A stretch of 64,000 nt of DNA. Source: a virus. The notes beneath the pieces were generated by a model. The model saw nothing but the letters and a program-made list of their open reading frames with translations, was not told where the DNA came from and did no database searches. The stretch lies in IMG/VR virus record IMGVR_UViG_3300014202_001519; one strand, given 5' to 3'. Positions 56,189-64,000 of this stretch are shown here, in pieces (position 1 is the first letter of the stretch; every line of letters begins with the position of its first letter). A program made the translations under genes and the position numbers.

Positions 56189-56644
56189 TCACTTCTTCTT
56201 AGTGAACGTATTGATTTTTTCCCAAGCTTCACCAAACGCAGCGGCGGCGATATTGATTATAACATCCACGCCATTCTCGTCAAGCACAGTCTGAATGGTA
56301 AGTCTGGTTTTGAAATGTGGGTCAATCCAGACCCAAGTACCAGGCTCATTGCGCAACTTGTCCCACATCTTCCACCACGTTGCATTAGGGACCGCTGCCT
56401 TTAGCTTATTGGTATCATCGTGGACATGCACCTCGCCCTTGCTCTCATGGATGCGATAAGCGCCGATGCTAGTCTTTTCGCTTCTGCCGCTCTTTACCTT
56501 GACTTCGCTTTTTTCCTTTTCCACTGTTGTTTCTCTTTCGCCGCCCATTCTTAGCCTCCTCATTAAGTCTTTCACGAACCTGTAAAGGATGGACACCAGC
56601 TTCATAGTCTCGATCCGATATCTCAGAGAGTTGTTCTTGAGCAA
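56189..56644 (-). CDS. hypothetical protein
   Basis: 151-aa ORF; start uncertain. Confidence 0.5.
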   Translation of the reverse strand: MLKNNSLRYRIETMKLVSILYRFVKDLMRRLRMGGERETTVEKEKSEVKVKSGRSEKTSIGAYRIHESKGEVHVHDDTNKLKAAVPNATWWKMWDKLRNEPGTWVWIDPHFKTRLTIQTVLDENGVDVIINIAAAAFGEAWEKINTFTKKK

Positions 56645-56927
56645 ACTCTATGAACGACTGAGCATAAGCAATATTATGTTGCAGATCATCAAAGTCTGGA
56701 TTTTTGCTGCAATCGAAATATTGCTCTGCGTGCTGAAGCCTATGCTGAGCCTGACTAATCAGGAATATGGCATCCCTAACATAGTTAGTTCTAAAGTGTA
56801 TAGCAGAATTGCGTCTATCTATAGCAAGCTGATCTTGGAAGGCTTTTTCTTCCTTAGCGGTGCGTTTCTTTTCCTTGAAACCACGCTTCTTCACAGCTTT
56901 CCTACCCTTCCAAGGCCAAAGTTTCAT
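56469..56927 (-). CDS. hypothetical protein
   Basis: 152 aa, overlapping the downstream gene. Confidence 0.4.
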   Translation of the reverse strand: MKLWPWKGRKAVKKRGFKEKKRTAKEEKAFQDQLAIDRRNSAIHFRTNYVRDAIFLISQAQHRLQHAEQYFDCSKNPDFDDLQHNIAYAQSFIEFAQEQLSEISDRDYEAGVHPLQVRERLNEEAKNGRRKRNNSGKGKKRSQGKERQKRKD

Positions 56928-57223
56928 GCTATTTTAACCCTATCTTCGCGTCTCCTGATATCATAGCCCTTCATCTTATCAAACTTCTTCTCAAAGCAGT
57001 CGTCACAGATGAAGGCTTCGATTTCATCACAGGCAAGCATCTTCTCCATAGGAGATTCGCCTACATGGTTCTTGCGCCCAGCAAAACCATGACATTGATC
57101 GTGGCGAGAGCCATAGTGAAAGGTTACTAGCATGAAGCCAGCATCCATCACATTGCCACGGTGCGATTCACCTGGATCATAGTCCAATTCTTTGTCACAC
57201 ACAAGGCAATTAACTTTTTCCAT
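56924..57223 (-). CDS. zinc-binding hypothetical protein
   Basis: CLVC...ICDDC. Confidence 0.5.
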   Translation of the reverse strand: MEKVNCLVCDKELDYDPGESHRGNVMDAGFMLVTFHYGSRHDQCHGFAGRKNHVGESPMEKMLACDEIEAFICDDCFEKKFDKMKGYDIRRREDRVKIA

Positions 57224-57404
57224 TGATTTTGTCCGTGATAGTGGTTAAGTGGGTTGTGCAGTGGTCGCATATGTTCAGTCTATGCCACTGAATTATGCCT
57301 TTGGATATCGTGCTAATTTGTAGCCCGATCCATCCATTAGTATAATAACCGAATTGATCTTCACTTAACTCCGATGTTTTCGAGCAAATTGAACAATTAA
57401 TCAT
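57210..57404 (-). CDS. zinc-binding hypothetical protein
   Basis: CSIC...ICDHC. Confidence 0.45.
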   Translation of the reverse strand: MINCSICSKTSELSEDQFGYYTNGWIGLQISTISKGIIQWHRLNICDHCTTHLTTITDKINGKS

Positions 57405-57629
57405 TGGTTGTCCCGTAGGCAGGATTCTGTTTTATGCTATCATTTGTCTATTGGCACCGACCATACCCGTTGTGCTGCTCACCCACTGAGTATATTTGGC
57501 TTGCTCCCTCCGTAGTTCAAACGATACTTGCGGCTTTCGCCGCTTTCTCTCCTACGTTAAGCAGTGGAGTCCCGACCTTCCTCACATCCCTTGCGGGGTA
57601 GTGCGATAGCTCAGACAACCAATGATTAA
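57397..57629 (-). ncRNA. rnpB: RNase P RNA (compact, reduced specificity domain)
   Basis: 16-bp P1 (57614-57629 with 57397-57412), P2 GCTATC/GATAGC, GAGGAAGGTCGGGACTCC (CR-I), GGAGCAAG..CAAATA, and AAAACAGAATCCTGCCTAC (CR-V/P4). Confidence 0.88.
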
Positions 57630-58339
57630 ATTGCATCCAGATACTGTGTCCAATATATCAAGTTCTCATTACCTTCCGTGACCAATTGCTTGCCATCCAT
57701 TTCATAAAGCGACGACGCACCCTTCCAATCGCTATTCAGCAAAGTAAACTTCCGACGAATATGACCCAACATAATCGTCGCCTTAGCCAACATGATGTTC
57801 TTAAAGACTTCCTTGCCCATGCCGCCACAATTAAGAACATCAAGACCCTTGGATTTGGCTATGTCGTCAAACAAAACCTTAGTTTCGTTATAACAAGCCT
57901 CAAGCTGCTGAGGGTCCAACTCAATCTGTAGGACTGGTGCGCCAAGCATCAGCAGTGTGTGGTCAATAGACAACTGTTTGTCAGGAGCTTCAAACGGCGT
58001 GTTATCCCTTATAAGTTGCTGTGCTTCTATAAGTGGTGGTTGTGTCCCATCCAAAGAGAAAACTTCAATTTTGGTTTCTTGGTTACGAACAGGAACAATG
58101 ATTAGCTCCCAATCGTCAAGAGCCTTTCTTATATCCTGCTTATGCCATCTTTCCTTCATTCGATCAATGAACGCCTCGGCCTTATAAGGTGGAAGCTGGC
58201 CAACGTTCAAGGTAAGGCAAATAAATCCCCTGGACCTCTTTGGTACAATTGCAATATCGCCTTTGGCGACTTGGGCGACGGCACCCAGGCCAAGAAAACC
58301 AGCGATCCAGGCCATGAAGCCTCTACGATTCTTGTCCAT
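57626..58339 (-). CDS. twin-arginine-like leader + portal (gp20)-like segment + neck (gp13)-like segment
   Basis: NRRGFM..., LNVGQLPPYKAEAFIDRMK, MLGAPVLQIEL and LGHIRRKF...DGKQLVTEG. Confidence 0.6.
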   Translation of the reverse strand: MDKNRRGFMAWIAGFLGLGAVAQVAKGDIAIVPKRSRGFICLTLNVGQLPPYKAEAFIDRMKERWHKQDIRKALDDWELIIVPVRNQETKIEVFSLDGTQPPLIEAQQLIRDNTPFEAPDKQLSIDHTLLMLGAPVLQIELDPQQLEACYNETKVLFDDIAKSKGLDVLNCGGMGKEVFKNIMLAKATIMLGHIRRKFTLLNSDWKGASSLYEMDGKQLVTEGNENLIYWTQYLDAI

Positions 58340-58700
58340 CGCTTGCTCCTAGATATTGCTGTTCACTTTCGTCATAGACAGCCAATTGGAACCTAGTATT
58401 GCCCTCTGGTGTCTTATGAGGGTCAATTACTACATGGAATGGAAATCGCTTTTTGAAAAGTAATACACAATCTTGAAAGTCTTGTGTATTAAGGATGACA
58501 TTGGCGGTGGCGAATCCGAATCCACACCATTTGGCAGCTTCTGCAAATCTATCCGTTGTGGTGAACAAAGGCAATATCGTTTTTCCGCCCAATTCTAAAA
58601 AAATGGGATTATTATTGGCGGGGTTAATTGGAAGCAACATACCCCTTATTTGATATTGGATGACTTTTTCTGTAACCTTTTTCATTCTGGTTGCGCCCAA
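58323..58700 (-). CDS. hypothetical protein (SseB-like)
   Basis: ILPLFTT..RF...VVIDP. Confidence 0.4.
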   Translation of the reverse strand: MGATRMKKVTEKVIQYQIRGMLLPINPANNNPIFLELGGKTILPLFTTTDRFAEAAKWCGFGFATANVILNTQDFQDCVLLFKKRFPFHVVIDPHKTPEGNTRFQLAVYDESEQQYLGASDGQES

Positions 58701-59044
58701 ACTTCAGGGTCTACTCTCCTAGCCACTCTTAAAGCCACTAACTGCTGCAAACGGTGTAAAGCGTCTACAAATTCCTTATTATCCGCTTCCGACCGTTTAT
58801 CTAAAGCACTATAAACATTAAATGCTTCCCCTAATCTTTGAAGAAGCTCTCTTTCTTCTAAGGTTAATTTAACGAAGTCGTTTGTATTAATGAATACTGC
58901 TGAAGGTTGTGGTGAAGGTTGAAAAGGGTTAGGTTGTGGTTGATAGTTAAAAGGGTCATGGGTAAATTGGAATGGGTTAATGAACCCAGGATTAAGACAA
59001 CACCCCAAACAAGTAGGCTGTGCTGCCGAAGTCTCTACAGTCAT
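58682..59044 (-). CDS. hypothetical protein
   Basis: Pro/Gln/Asn linker plus helical C-terminus. Confidence 0.5.
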   Translation of the reverse strand: MTVETSAAQPTCLGCCLNPGFINPFQFTHDPFNYQPQPNPFQPSPQPSAVFINTNDFVKLTLEERELLQRLGEAFNVYSALDKRSEADNKEFVDALHRLQQLVALRVARRVDPEVWAQPE

Positions 59045-59077
59045 AATACTACTCCTTTTCGCTTTGTAAAAAGAAAA

Positions 59078-59320
59078 TCAAGAATTTACAGTGACGGTGT
59101 TCTCGACTCCACACCGAGAACACTCAATAGTAAATTTCTTCTTCTTAATTGAGTTCTTCAAAGCGAATTTTGTAGTACCTTTACACAACCAACAATGAAA
59201 ATATAGTGGTCGGTAGCCTGCGGGCGCACGCTCATCTTTAGCTGGCTTTACCTCAACATCGTCTATTTTAGTTATAAAACTAGCTATAAAGTCTGAAACT
59301 GCCATAAAAAGAGATTGCAT
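59078..59320 (-). CDS. zinc-ribbon protein
   Basis: CWLC...CSRC. Confidence 0.5.
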   Translation of the reverse strand: MQSLFMAVSDFIASFITKIDDVEVKPAKDERAPAGYRPLYFHCWLCKGTTKFALKNSIKKKKFTIECSRCGVENTVTVNS

Positions 59321-59324
59321 CTAG

Positions 59325-59573
59325 CTATTTAGGCTTATTAAATACAGTCTTCGTGAATCTATATTTTTTTCTAGCTCTTTGACCTGGGAATTTGAACTTA
59401 TCACCGCAAATATCACATGCATATGCCAAATCTAGCTCTCCCTGCCAGCTTTCTTTAACAAATTGCGCATGGACTAATCCACCACACACACACTTGACTG
59501 GATAACCTTTCCAGCATTCGCAGCAACGGCGGTCCCCGACTGTATGTTCTGCCTTGTTTAATAAAAATGCCAT
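59325..59573 (-). CDS. zinc-binding protein
   Basis: CCEC...CVC...CDIC. Confidence 0.5.
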   Translation of the reverse strand: MAFLLNKAEHTVGDRRCCECWKGYPVKCVCGGLVHAQFVKESWQGELDLAYACDICGDKFKFPGQRARKKYRFTKTVFNKPK

Positions 59574-59617
59574 AATATCTCCCTGTTTTTTCTAATATCA
59601 TTATTTTACCCGTGAAC

Positions 59618-59905
59618 TTATAAAGGATTTGGCGGATTATCTATGACTTGAAATCTGCCCATAGGCGTAATTACATCCTGTTCTACAAGCGTCTCTATGC
59701 CTGTAAAACCCTTTATAATTACGCCTATACCTGGATGTGAGCCTCTGAACCATCTTCTTACTCTTTTAAAGCTGTTGTTTTGATAGATGATTTTCTCATC
59801 TAAAAGCTCTAGTTCGGCATTGCCTATAACCACATACCGCCTTGCAATTGTAAATAGGTCTTTTATATTTACAACTGTAAACCGAGGTTTTTCTATAAGT
59901 AGCAT
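59618..59905 (-). CDS. hypothetical protein
   Basis: 95-aa ORF. Confidence 0.45.
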   Translation of the reverse strand: MLLIEKPRFTVVNIKDLFTIARRYVVIGNAELELLDEKIIYQNNSFKRVRRWFRGSHPGIGVIIKGFTGIETLVEQDVITPMGRFQVIDNPPNPL

Positions 59906-59910
59906 AAGAT

Positions 59911-60639
59911 TTAAGAATATTTAAAGGTTTCTTTTACACTGACACAGGTTTTTAGGTAAGTGTCAATACTTTCCCCTGCGTCACCCCAATAACCAGTTAT
60001 CTTATTAGCCTTAAGCTTACCTGCTCGTAAATAGATGTTGTTTAAATCTGTGATTTCTAATTCATTACGCTTGGAAGGCTTCAATCCCTTGAGCTTCTTC
60101 CAAACGCTAGAGTCATACATATAAAGCCCAATAGCCACCCAATTAGACTTGGGTTTCTTAGGCTTCTCAATAATCTCTTTAACACTATCGCCATCCAAAG
60201 TAACTACTCCATACCACTCTGGATGGTCGTTTTGGGTTACAAATATCCTAGCACCCACTGGATTATTATTAAACTCTTCCACAGCATCACAGAAAGAATG
60301 CTGAAGGATGTTATCCCCCAACATCACGCAGATACTATCCCCATCAGCCCAAGACTCAGCCAGAGCCAACGCATGAGCAATACCGCCAGCTTCCTTCTGA
60401 TAAGTGTAGGCAATATGCTTTAAGCCAAACTCTTCGCCATTGCCTAGAATACGCAGGAAGTCACCTGGATTCTGCCCACCACAAACCAAAAGAATGTCTG
60501 TGATCCCACTATCCACCATGCTTTGGATAGGGTAGTAGATCATCGGCTTGTTATAAACTGGTAGTAAATGCTTATTAACAACATTCGTTAACGGGCGAAG
60601 TCTCGTCCCATTACCACCAGCAAGGATAATTCCACGCAT
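59911..60639 (-). CDS. rfbA: glucose-1-phosphate thymidylyltransferase
   Basis: GIILAGGNGTRLRPLT, KHLLPVYNKPMIYYP, LGDNI, EKP and ELEITD. Confidence 0.92.
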   Translation of the reverse strand: MRGIILAGGNGTRLRPLTNVVNKHLLPVYNKPMIYYPIQSMVDSGITDILLVCGGQNPGDFLRILGNGEEFGLKHIAYTYQKEAGGIAHALALAESWADGDSICVMLGDNILQHSFCDAVEEFNNNPVGARIFVTQNDHPEWYGVVTLDGDSVKEIIEKPKKPKSNWVAIGLYMYDSSVWKKLKGLKPSKRNELEITDLNNIYLRAGKLKANKITGYWGDAGESIDTYLKTCVSVKETFKYS

Positions 60640-60646
60640 ATGCTCC

Positions 60647-60820
60647 CTAGATCGAAAAATCAACCAGGCAACCGCAACAATTGCAGTCCACCAAATTTAC
60701 CAACCAAGGCTTTAAAAGATAGTCACCACTTCCTTTGCAAAGAGGACACTCTGAATCAAATGGTTTTTTACAATTAAAGCATATCCAACACCCTAAATCC
60801 TCATCAAAGACCTTGCTCAT
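60647..60820 (-). CDS. small Cys-rich protein (not in ORF track)
   Basis: Manual translation MSKVFDEDLGCWICFNCKKPFDSECPLCKGSG...; fills the gap. Confidence 0.45.
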   Translation of the reverse strand: MSKVFDEDLGCWICFNCKKPFDSECPLCKGSGDYLLKPWLVNLVDCNCCGCLVDFSI

Positions 60821-61065
60821 GCAATACCTCTAACAAGGGCACAGTCTGGACATATGGGATGTTCGCTCACTATTTGTGGGCCAACACCACCCTTATCATC
60901 TACCCACTCTTGCTTAGGTTTACCAGATTTGTCAACACCCCATCGCCTGTGAACTTTAGGACGAAATGGATGATGGAAAATCGCAGTCTTAACAACCCTT
61001 TTACAAGGTGTTCTTGCTTCTACAGTCTTTTTACAAAAATCGCATTTATACATAATATGGCCCAA
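60817..61065 (-). CDS. zinc-binding hypothetical protein
   Basis: CDFC...ICPDC. Confidence 0.5.
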   Translation of the reverse strand: MGHIMYKCDFCKKTVEARTPCKRVVKTAIFHHPFRPKVHRRWGVDKSGKPKQEWVDDKGGVGPQIVSEHPICPDCALVRGIA

Positions 61066-61074
61066 TTCCTTAAG

Positions 61075-61965
61075 TTAGTATTTGGTTTCAGTTAATTTTT
61101 CATAAGCTTCGATATATTTTTCTCTTGTCTTGGCAACAACCTCTTCGGGTATCGGCGGTGGCTCGCTACTCTTGTCCCACCCCGATTGCTCAGCCCAATC
61201 TCGCAAATATTGCTTGTCAAACGAATTGACCGACTGACCCAATTTGTATTCACTTAAAGGCCAAAATCGAGAGCTATCAGGAGTCAAAATCTCATCTACC
61301 AAAATTAAAGTATCCTGCATGTGCTTCAATAGCCCCCATTCGAACTTGGTATCAGCAATAATAATACCCTTGTTCCACGCAATCTGTGCCGCGTCAGTGT
61401 ATAATTCAATGCTTAACGCTTCCATTTCAGCACTGATTTCATTCCCAAGCTTCTCAGCCATGTATTCAAATGATACATTTTCATCATGACCCGTATCATT
61501 CTTGATGGCTGGAGTGAAAATTGGCTTGGGAAATTGCTGGTTTTCCTGTAATCCTGCTGGCAATTTAATACCACATACTTCACCTGTTTTCTGGTATTCC
61601 TTCCAAGCAGACCCAGCCAGATACCCACGCACTACGCATTCAAAAGGCACAACTTCCGCCTTCTCAACAAGCATAGTTCTGTCTTCAAACTCTGGTTTTC
61701 GGAAATCTTCTGGAAGACGCACTAAATCCGTACTAATCAAATGATACTTAAAATCAAGCATCTCAGACCAGAAAACGGACAATTTGTTTAATACTTTTCC
61801 CTTGTCAGGAATCACTGTATTTGGGAAAACGTAGTCGAAAGCACTTATTCTGTCAGACGTTATGATTACAAGCATCGTCGGACCAAGTTCGTAAATGTCA
61901 CGAACCTTGCCACGGCGACAAACGTAATTTTCAACCTGCGACTGATATAAACCTGGAGTATTCAT
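61075..61965 (-). CDS. purC: SAICAR synthetase
   Basis: RGKVRDIY, SDRISAFD, ECVVRGYLAGS, IADTKFEWG, DEILTPDSSRFW and FDKQYLRDW. Confidence 0.97.
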   Translation of the reverse strand: MNTPGLYQSQVENYVCRRGKVRDIYELGPTMLVIITSDRISAFDYVFPNTVIPDKGKVLNKLSVFWSEMLDFKYHLISTDLVRLPEDFRKPEFEDRTMLVEKAEVVPFECVVRGYLAGSAWKEYQKTGEVCGIKLPAGLQENQQFPKPIFTPAIKNDTGHDENVSFEYMAEKLGNEISAEMEALSIELYTDAAQIAWNKGIIIADTKFEWGLLKHMQDTLILVDEILTPDSSRFWPLSEYKLGQSVNSFDKQYLRDWAEQSGWDKSSEPPPIPEEVVAKTREKYIEAYEKLTETKY

Positions 61966-61971
61966 GTCAAT

Positions 61972-61999
61972 ATCTTAACAAAAAAATGATTCAAGTCAA
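61972..61999 (-). promoter_or_regulatory. sigma70-like promoter upstream of purC
   Basis: TTGACT-N16-TAAGAT on the minus strand in a divergent intergenic gap. Confidence 0.4.
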
Positions 62000-62010
62000 G
62001 GTATATAAAG

Positions 62011-62454
62011 GTGATGGAAAATTTCAAGAATTATATTGAGGATAGGGAAAAGGGCACTGAGTCGTCATCCACCGCAAAAGAAGCGCTCAGAGAAATCCAA
62101 ATCGTCATGAATGCAGGAATTGGTAAAACTACCAAGGTTAATGGCTTTGGCATTAATAGCATTGAGTTCCATGTAATAAATCAGGAAGCAGCGGAATCTG
62201 GAACCCAGGTTAATTTAGAGGCTAAAGGCGAAGCTATCGCCAAAAATGAAAAGCATATTAGCCGCATGTTGCAAAAGCTGGTAACATCAACCAGAGAAGA
62301 CTTGTGGAAGAAAAAGATATTCTTGGAGATGATGTATCACAAGATCGACGTTTCTGAGACAAAACTAGAGTCAGAAGACGACGACGATCCAAACATCGGT
62401 CTAAAAAGAACACTATATTTCACAGTAATTTGTGCGGCATGTGTATTCAATTAA
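62011..62454 (+). CDS. hypothetical protein
   Basis: 147-aa ORF. Confidence 0.5.
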   Translation: MMENFKNYIEDREKGTESSSTAKEALREIQIVMNAGIGKTTKVNGFGINSIEFHVINQEAAESGTQVNLEAKGEAIAKNEKHISRMLQKLVTSTREDLWKKKIFLEMMYHKIDVSETKLESEDDDDPNIGLKRTLYFTVICAACVFN

Positions 62455-63253
62455 ATGGATGAAGTCTATCCTATTAACTGGCGGTGTCGGTGATGTGCTA
62501 GCAGTCGAATCCCTCATGACTGATGAGGAACGTAATGCGATCAATTGCATTTACTATGCAACAAGAGCATTCAAGCCTTGCGTGGAATTGTTTGAAAACC
62601 TGCCTAGTTTTCCAGAACTTAAAATGCAACCCATCCTCTGGAAAGACTTCTCAAAAATATTTTGCTTCCATGATAAAGAACAACTAGCGGATAAACTCTG
62701 TGCCTATCAGCCAAACGCTCTCCAACAATTAGCCAGAAAGTTAATGGCTCCTATTGAAGATTATAGCATTAAAAAGATATTCGCTGAAGATAGGGCTTAT
62801 ACCTATTCTAGTTTTGTAAAAACAAATCTTGCTTCTCTCAAAAAATTTAATTTGCCAGCAGACTACTTTTGCATATGCCCTTATAGCAACAATGATAAAA
62901 GAGATTTAAGAAGGGACTATAGTTCGGCGGATTGGGGACAAACGCTGAATATATTGAAAAGAAGGGGCATGTACGGAGTTGTAATAAACATGGGGCAAGA
63001 AACAATCCCTCAAGACCCATATATTATTAATCTAAGCAACAAAACTAATATAAGAGAAGCTGTTGAAGTGGTAAAACAGGCTAAAGGTTACATTGGCATT
63101 GATACTGCTTTTTCGGTTATTGCTGCAAAAGTCTTTAATCCAGATGATATAATTATAAAATGTTTAAACGAGCATTGCTTTCGCTGGGCACCAGTATATT
63201 TTAAGCCATTAACCACATTTCAATTCTTAAAAGAAAAGATTATGGACCAGTAG
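62432..63253 (+). CDS. GT9 (heptosyltransferase)-like glycosyltransferase
   Basis: GGVGDVL, INLSNKTNIREA and YIGIDTAFS. Confidence 0.65.
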   Translation: MRHVYSIKWMKSILLTGGVGDVLAVESLMTDEERNAINCIYYATRAFKPCVELFENLPSFPELKMQPILWKDFSKIFCFHDKEQLADKLCAYQPNALQQLARKLMAPIEDYSIKKIFAEDRAYTYSSFVKTNLASLKKFNLPADYFCICPYSNNDKRDLRRDYSSADWGQTLNILKRRGMYGVVINMGQETIPQDPYIINLSNKTNIREAVEVVKQAKGYIGIDTAFSVIAAKVFNPDDIIIKCLNEHCFRWAPVYFKPLTTFQFLKEKIMDQ

Positions 63254-63403
63254 CTTTTCTTTTATTCAATACCTTTTGCACAGAGGACCATAAAGACTTG
63301 GGATAGACATACTTTCCATCCTTTTTGGGCTTTTCCGTCCGTTCTTTCCGACGATCTAGCCAGTAGTTCTTCACAAATTTATCTATGGTTAATATATAAT
63401 TTC

Positions 63404-63628
63404 ATGAAAACAAACTTTAATGAATGGATTACCCAAAATAAAGAAGAAGAATTTAGTGCCCTATCAAGTCAAGGACTTGGAATGCGAACCCGCGAAGATG
63501 TAGACCTAATTGAAAGCCAATTAGATCAGTGGGTAAACAAACTAATGGGACTGCTCAACGCAGTCCCACAAGAGAGGAAACAGAAATTCTTAGAGAAGGT
63601 AATTAACAACATCAAAACTAGGCTTTAA
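63404..63628 (+). CDS. hypothetical protein
   Basis: 74-aa ORF. Confidence 0.45.
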   Translation: MKTNFNEWITQNKEEEFSALSSQGLGMRTREDVDLIESQLDQWVNKLMGLLNAVPQERKQKFLEKVINNIKTRL

Positions 63629-64000
63629 TTTCGTCACGGACCTCCATTAGAATCTTGCCAAGCCAGTTTTGGCCTTTACCCCTGCACACACCCCAAAAGG
63701 TGTCATTCCAGGTGTTAGTCTCTTCTAAGTGTGCGTCCCCTGTAGCTAAAAGTTTCTCTTTTAGCTCTTTGTGTTTGGAGAACTTTTGAAGGACTAAATC
63801 CTTCATCACACCGATTTTAATTTGTTCCCAATCTGGCCGTATCTTGACCTGTTTGCCAAGACGTTTCGCGTCAGCGGGTTTCTCTGACTCCTGAATCCTC
63901 AGTCTTTGCGCGGCATCCTCGGTCTTCGCCGCCTGATAAGCGTGTTCGGTCGAAGCGTATTCCATACCATCATATTCCACGGTTGCTAGTTGGAAATTGG
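63618..64000 (-). CDS. NADAR/YbiA-family protein (5' end beyond the window)
   Basis: NFQ...EHAYQAAK, AKRLGK, KFSKH.ELK..LLATG and WG...GQNWLGKILM. Confidence 0.93.
   Translation of the reverse strand, partial: NFQLATVEYDGMEYASTEHAYQAAKTEDAAQRLRIQESEKPADAKRLGKQVKIRPDWEQIKIGVMKDLVLQKFSKHKELKEKLLATGDAHLEETNTWNDTFWGVCRGKGQNWLGKILMEVRDEIKA

Noticed and set aside
1-64000. Genome-wide TAG reassignment (code 15)
   Set aside because: Conserved genes are full length in code 11, and several end at TAG at the expected family C-terminus. I found no clear gene split by TAG in this window.
1-64000. Bacterial chromosome rather than phage
   Set aside because: Housekeeping genes are isolated from their usual operons and embedded among many short unknown ORFs with phage-type ligase, HNH and structural-like fragments. 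This remains an inference because no terminase or full capsid gene is in the window.

Overview
Densely coded 64-kb segment of a large (jumbo/huge, T4-like-ancestry) bacteriophage genome. Most genes are on the minus strand, in genetic code 11. The host is plausibly a Planctomycete; this is inference from the style of the ACP, HNH, DUF433, BON and wHTH genes. The window is accessory/host-takeover DNA with five themes. (1) Translation: infA, Pth2, csrA, a tRNA-Ile2(CAT), an amber-suppressor tRNA(CTA) and the start of a KMSKS-motif ORF. (2) Proteostasis: clpX, an M50 protease and an S24/S26-like protein. (3) Nucleotide and cofactor metabolism: prs, folD, pyrE, purC, an ACP and a BKACE enzyme. (4) ADP-ribosylation: a WGR-PARP, an ADP-ribosylglycohydrolase and NADAR. 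(5) A ~12-kb glycan-tailoring island with a carbamoyltransferase, two sulfotransferases, a PLOD-like GT, an epimerase and a plant-type RGP/UDP-arabinopyranose mutase. The strongest signals not in the ORF track are a compact ~233-nt RNase P RNA (57397-57629, minus strand), the CUA suppressor tRNA followed by two covarying hairpins, and a dispersed set of small genes resembling fragments of T4-like virion proteins, two of them fused to twin-arginine-like leaders. All homology calls come from motif recognition by eye; no searches were run, and novelty relative to the literature could not be checked.
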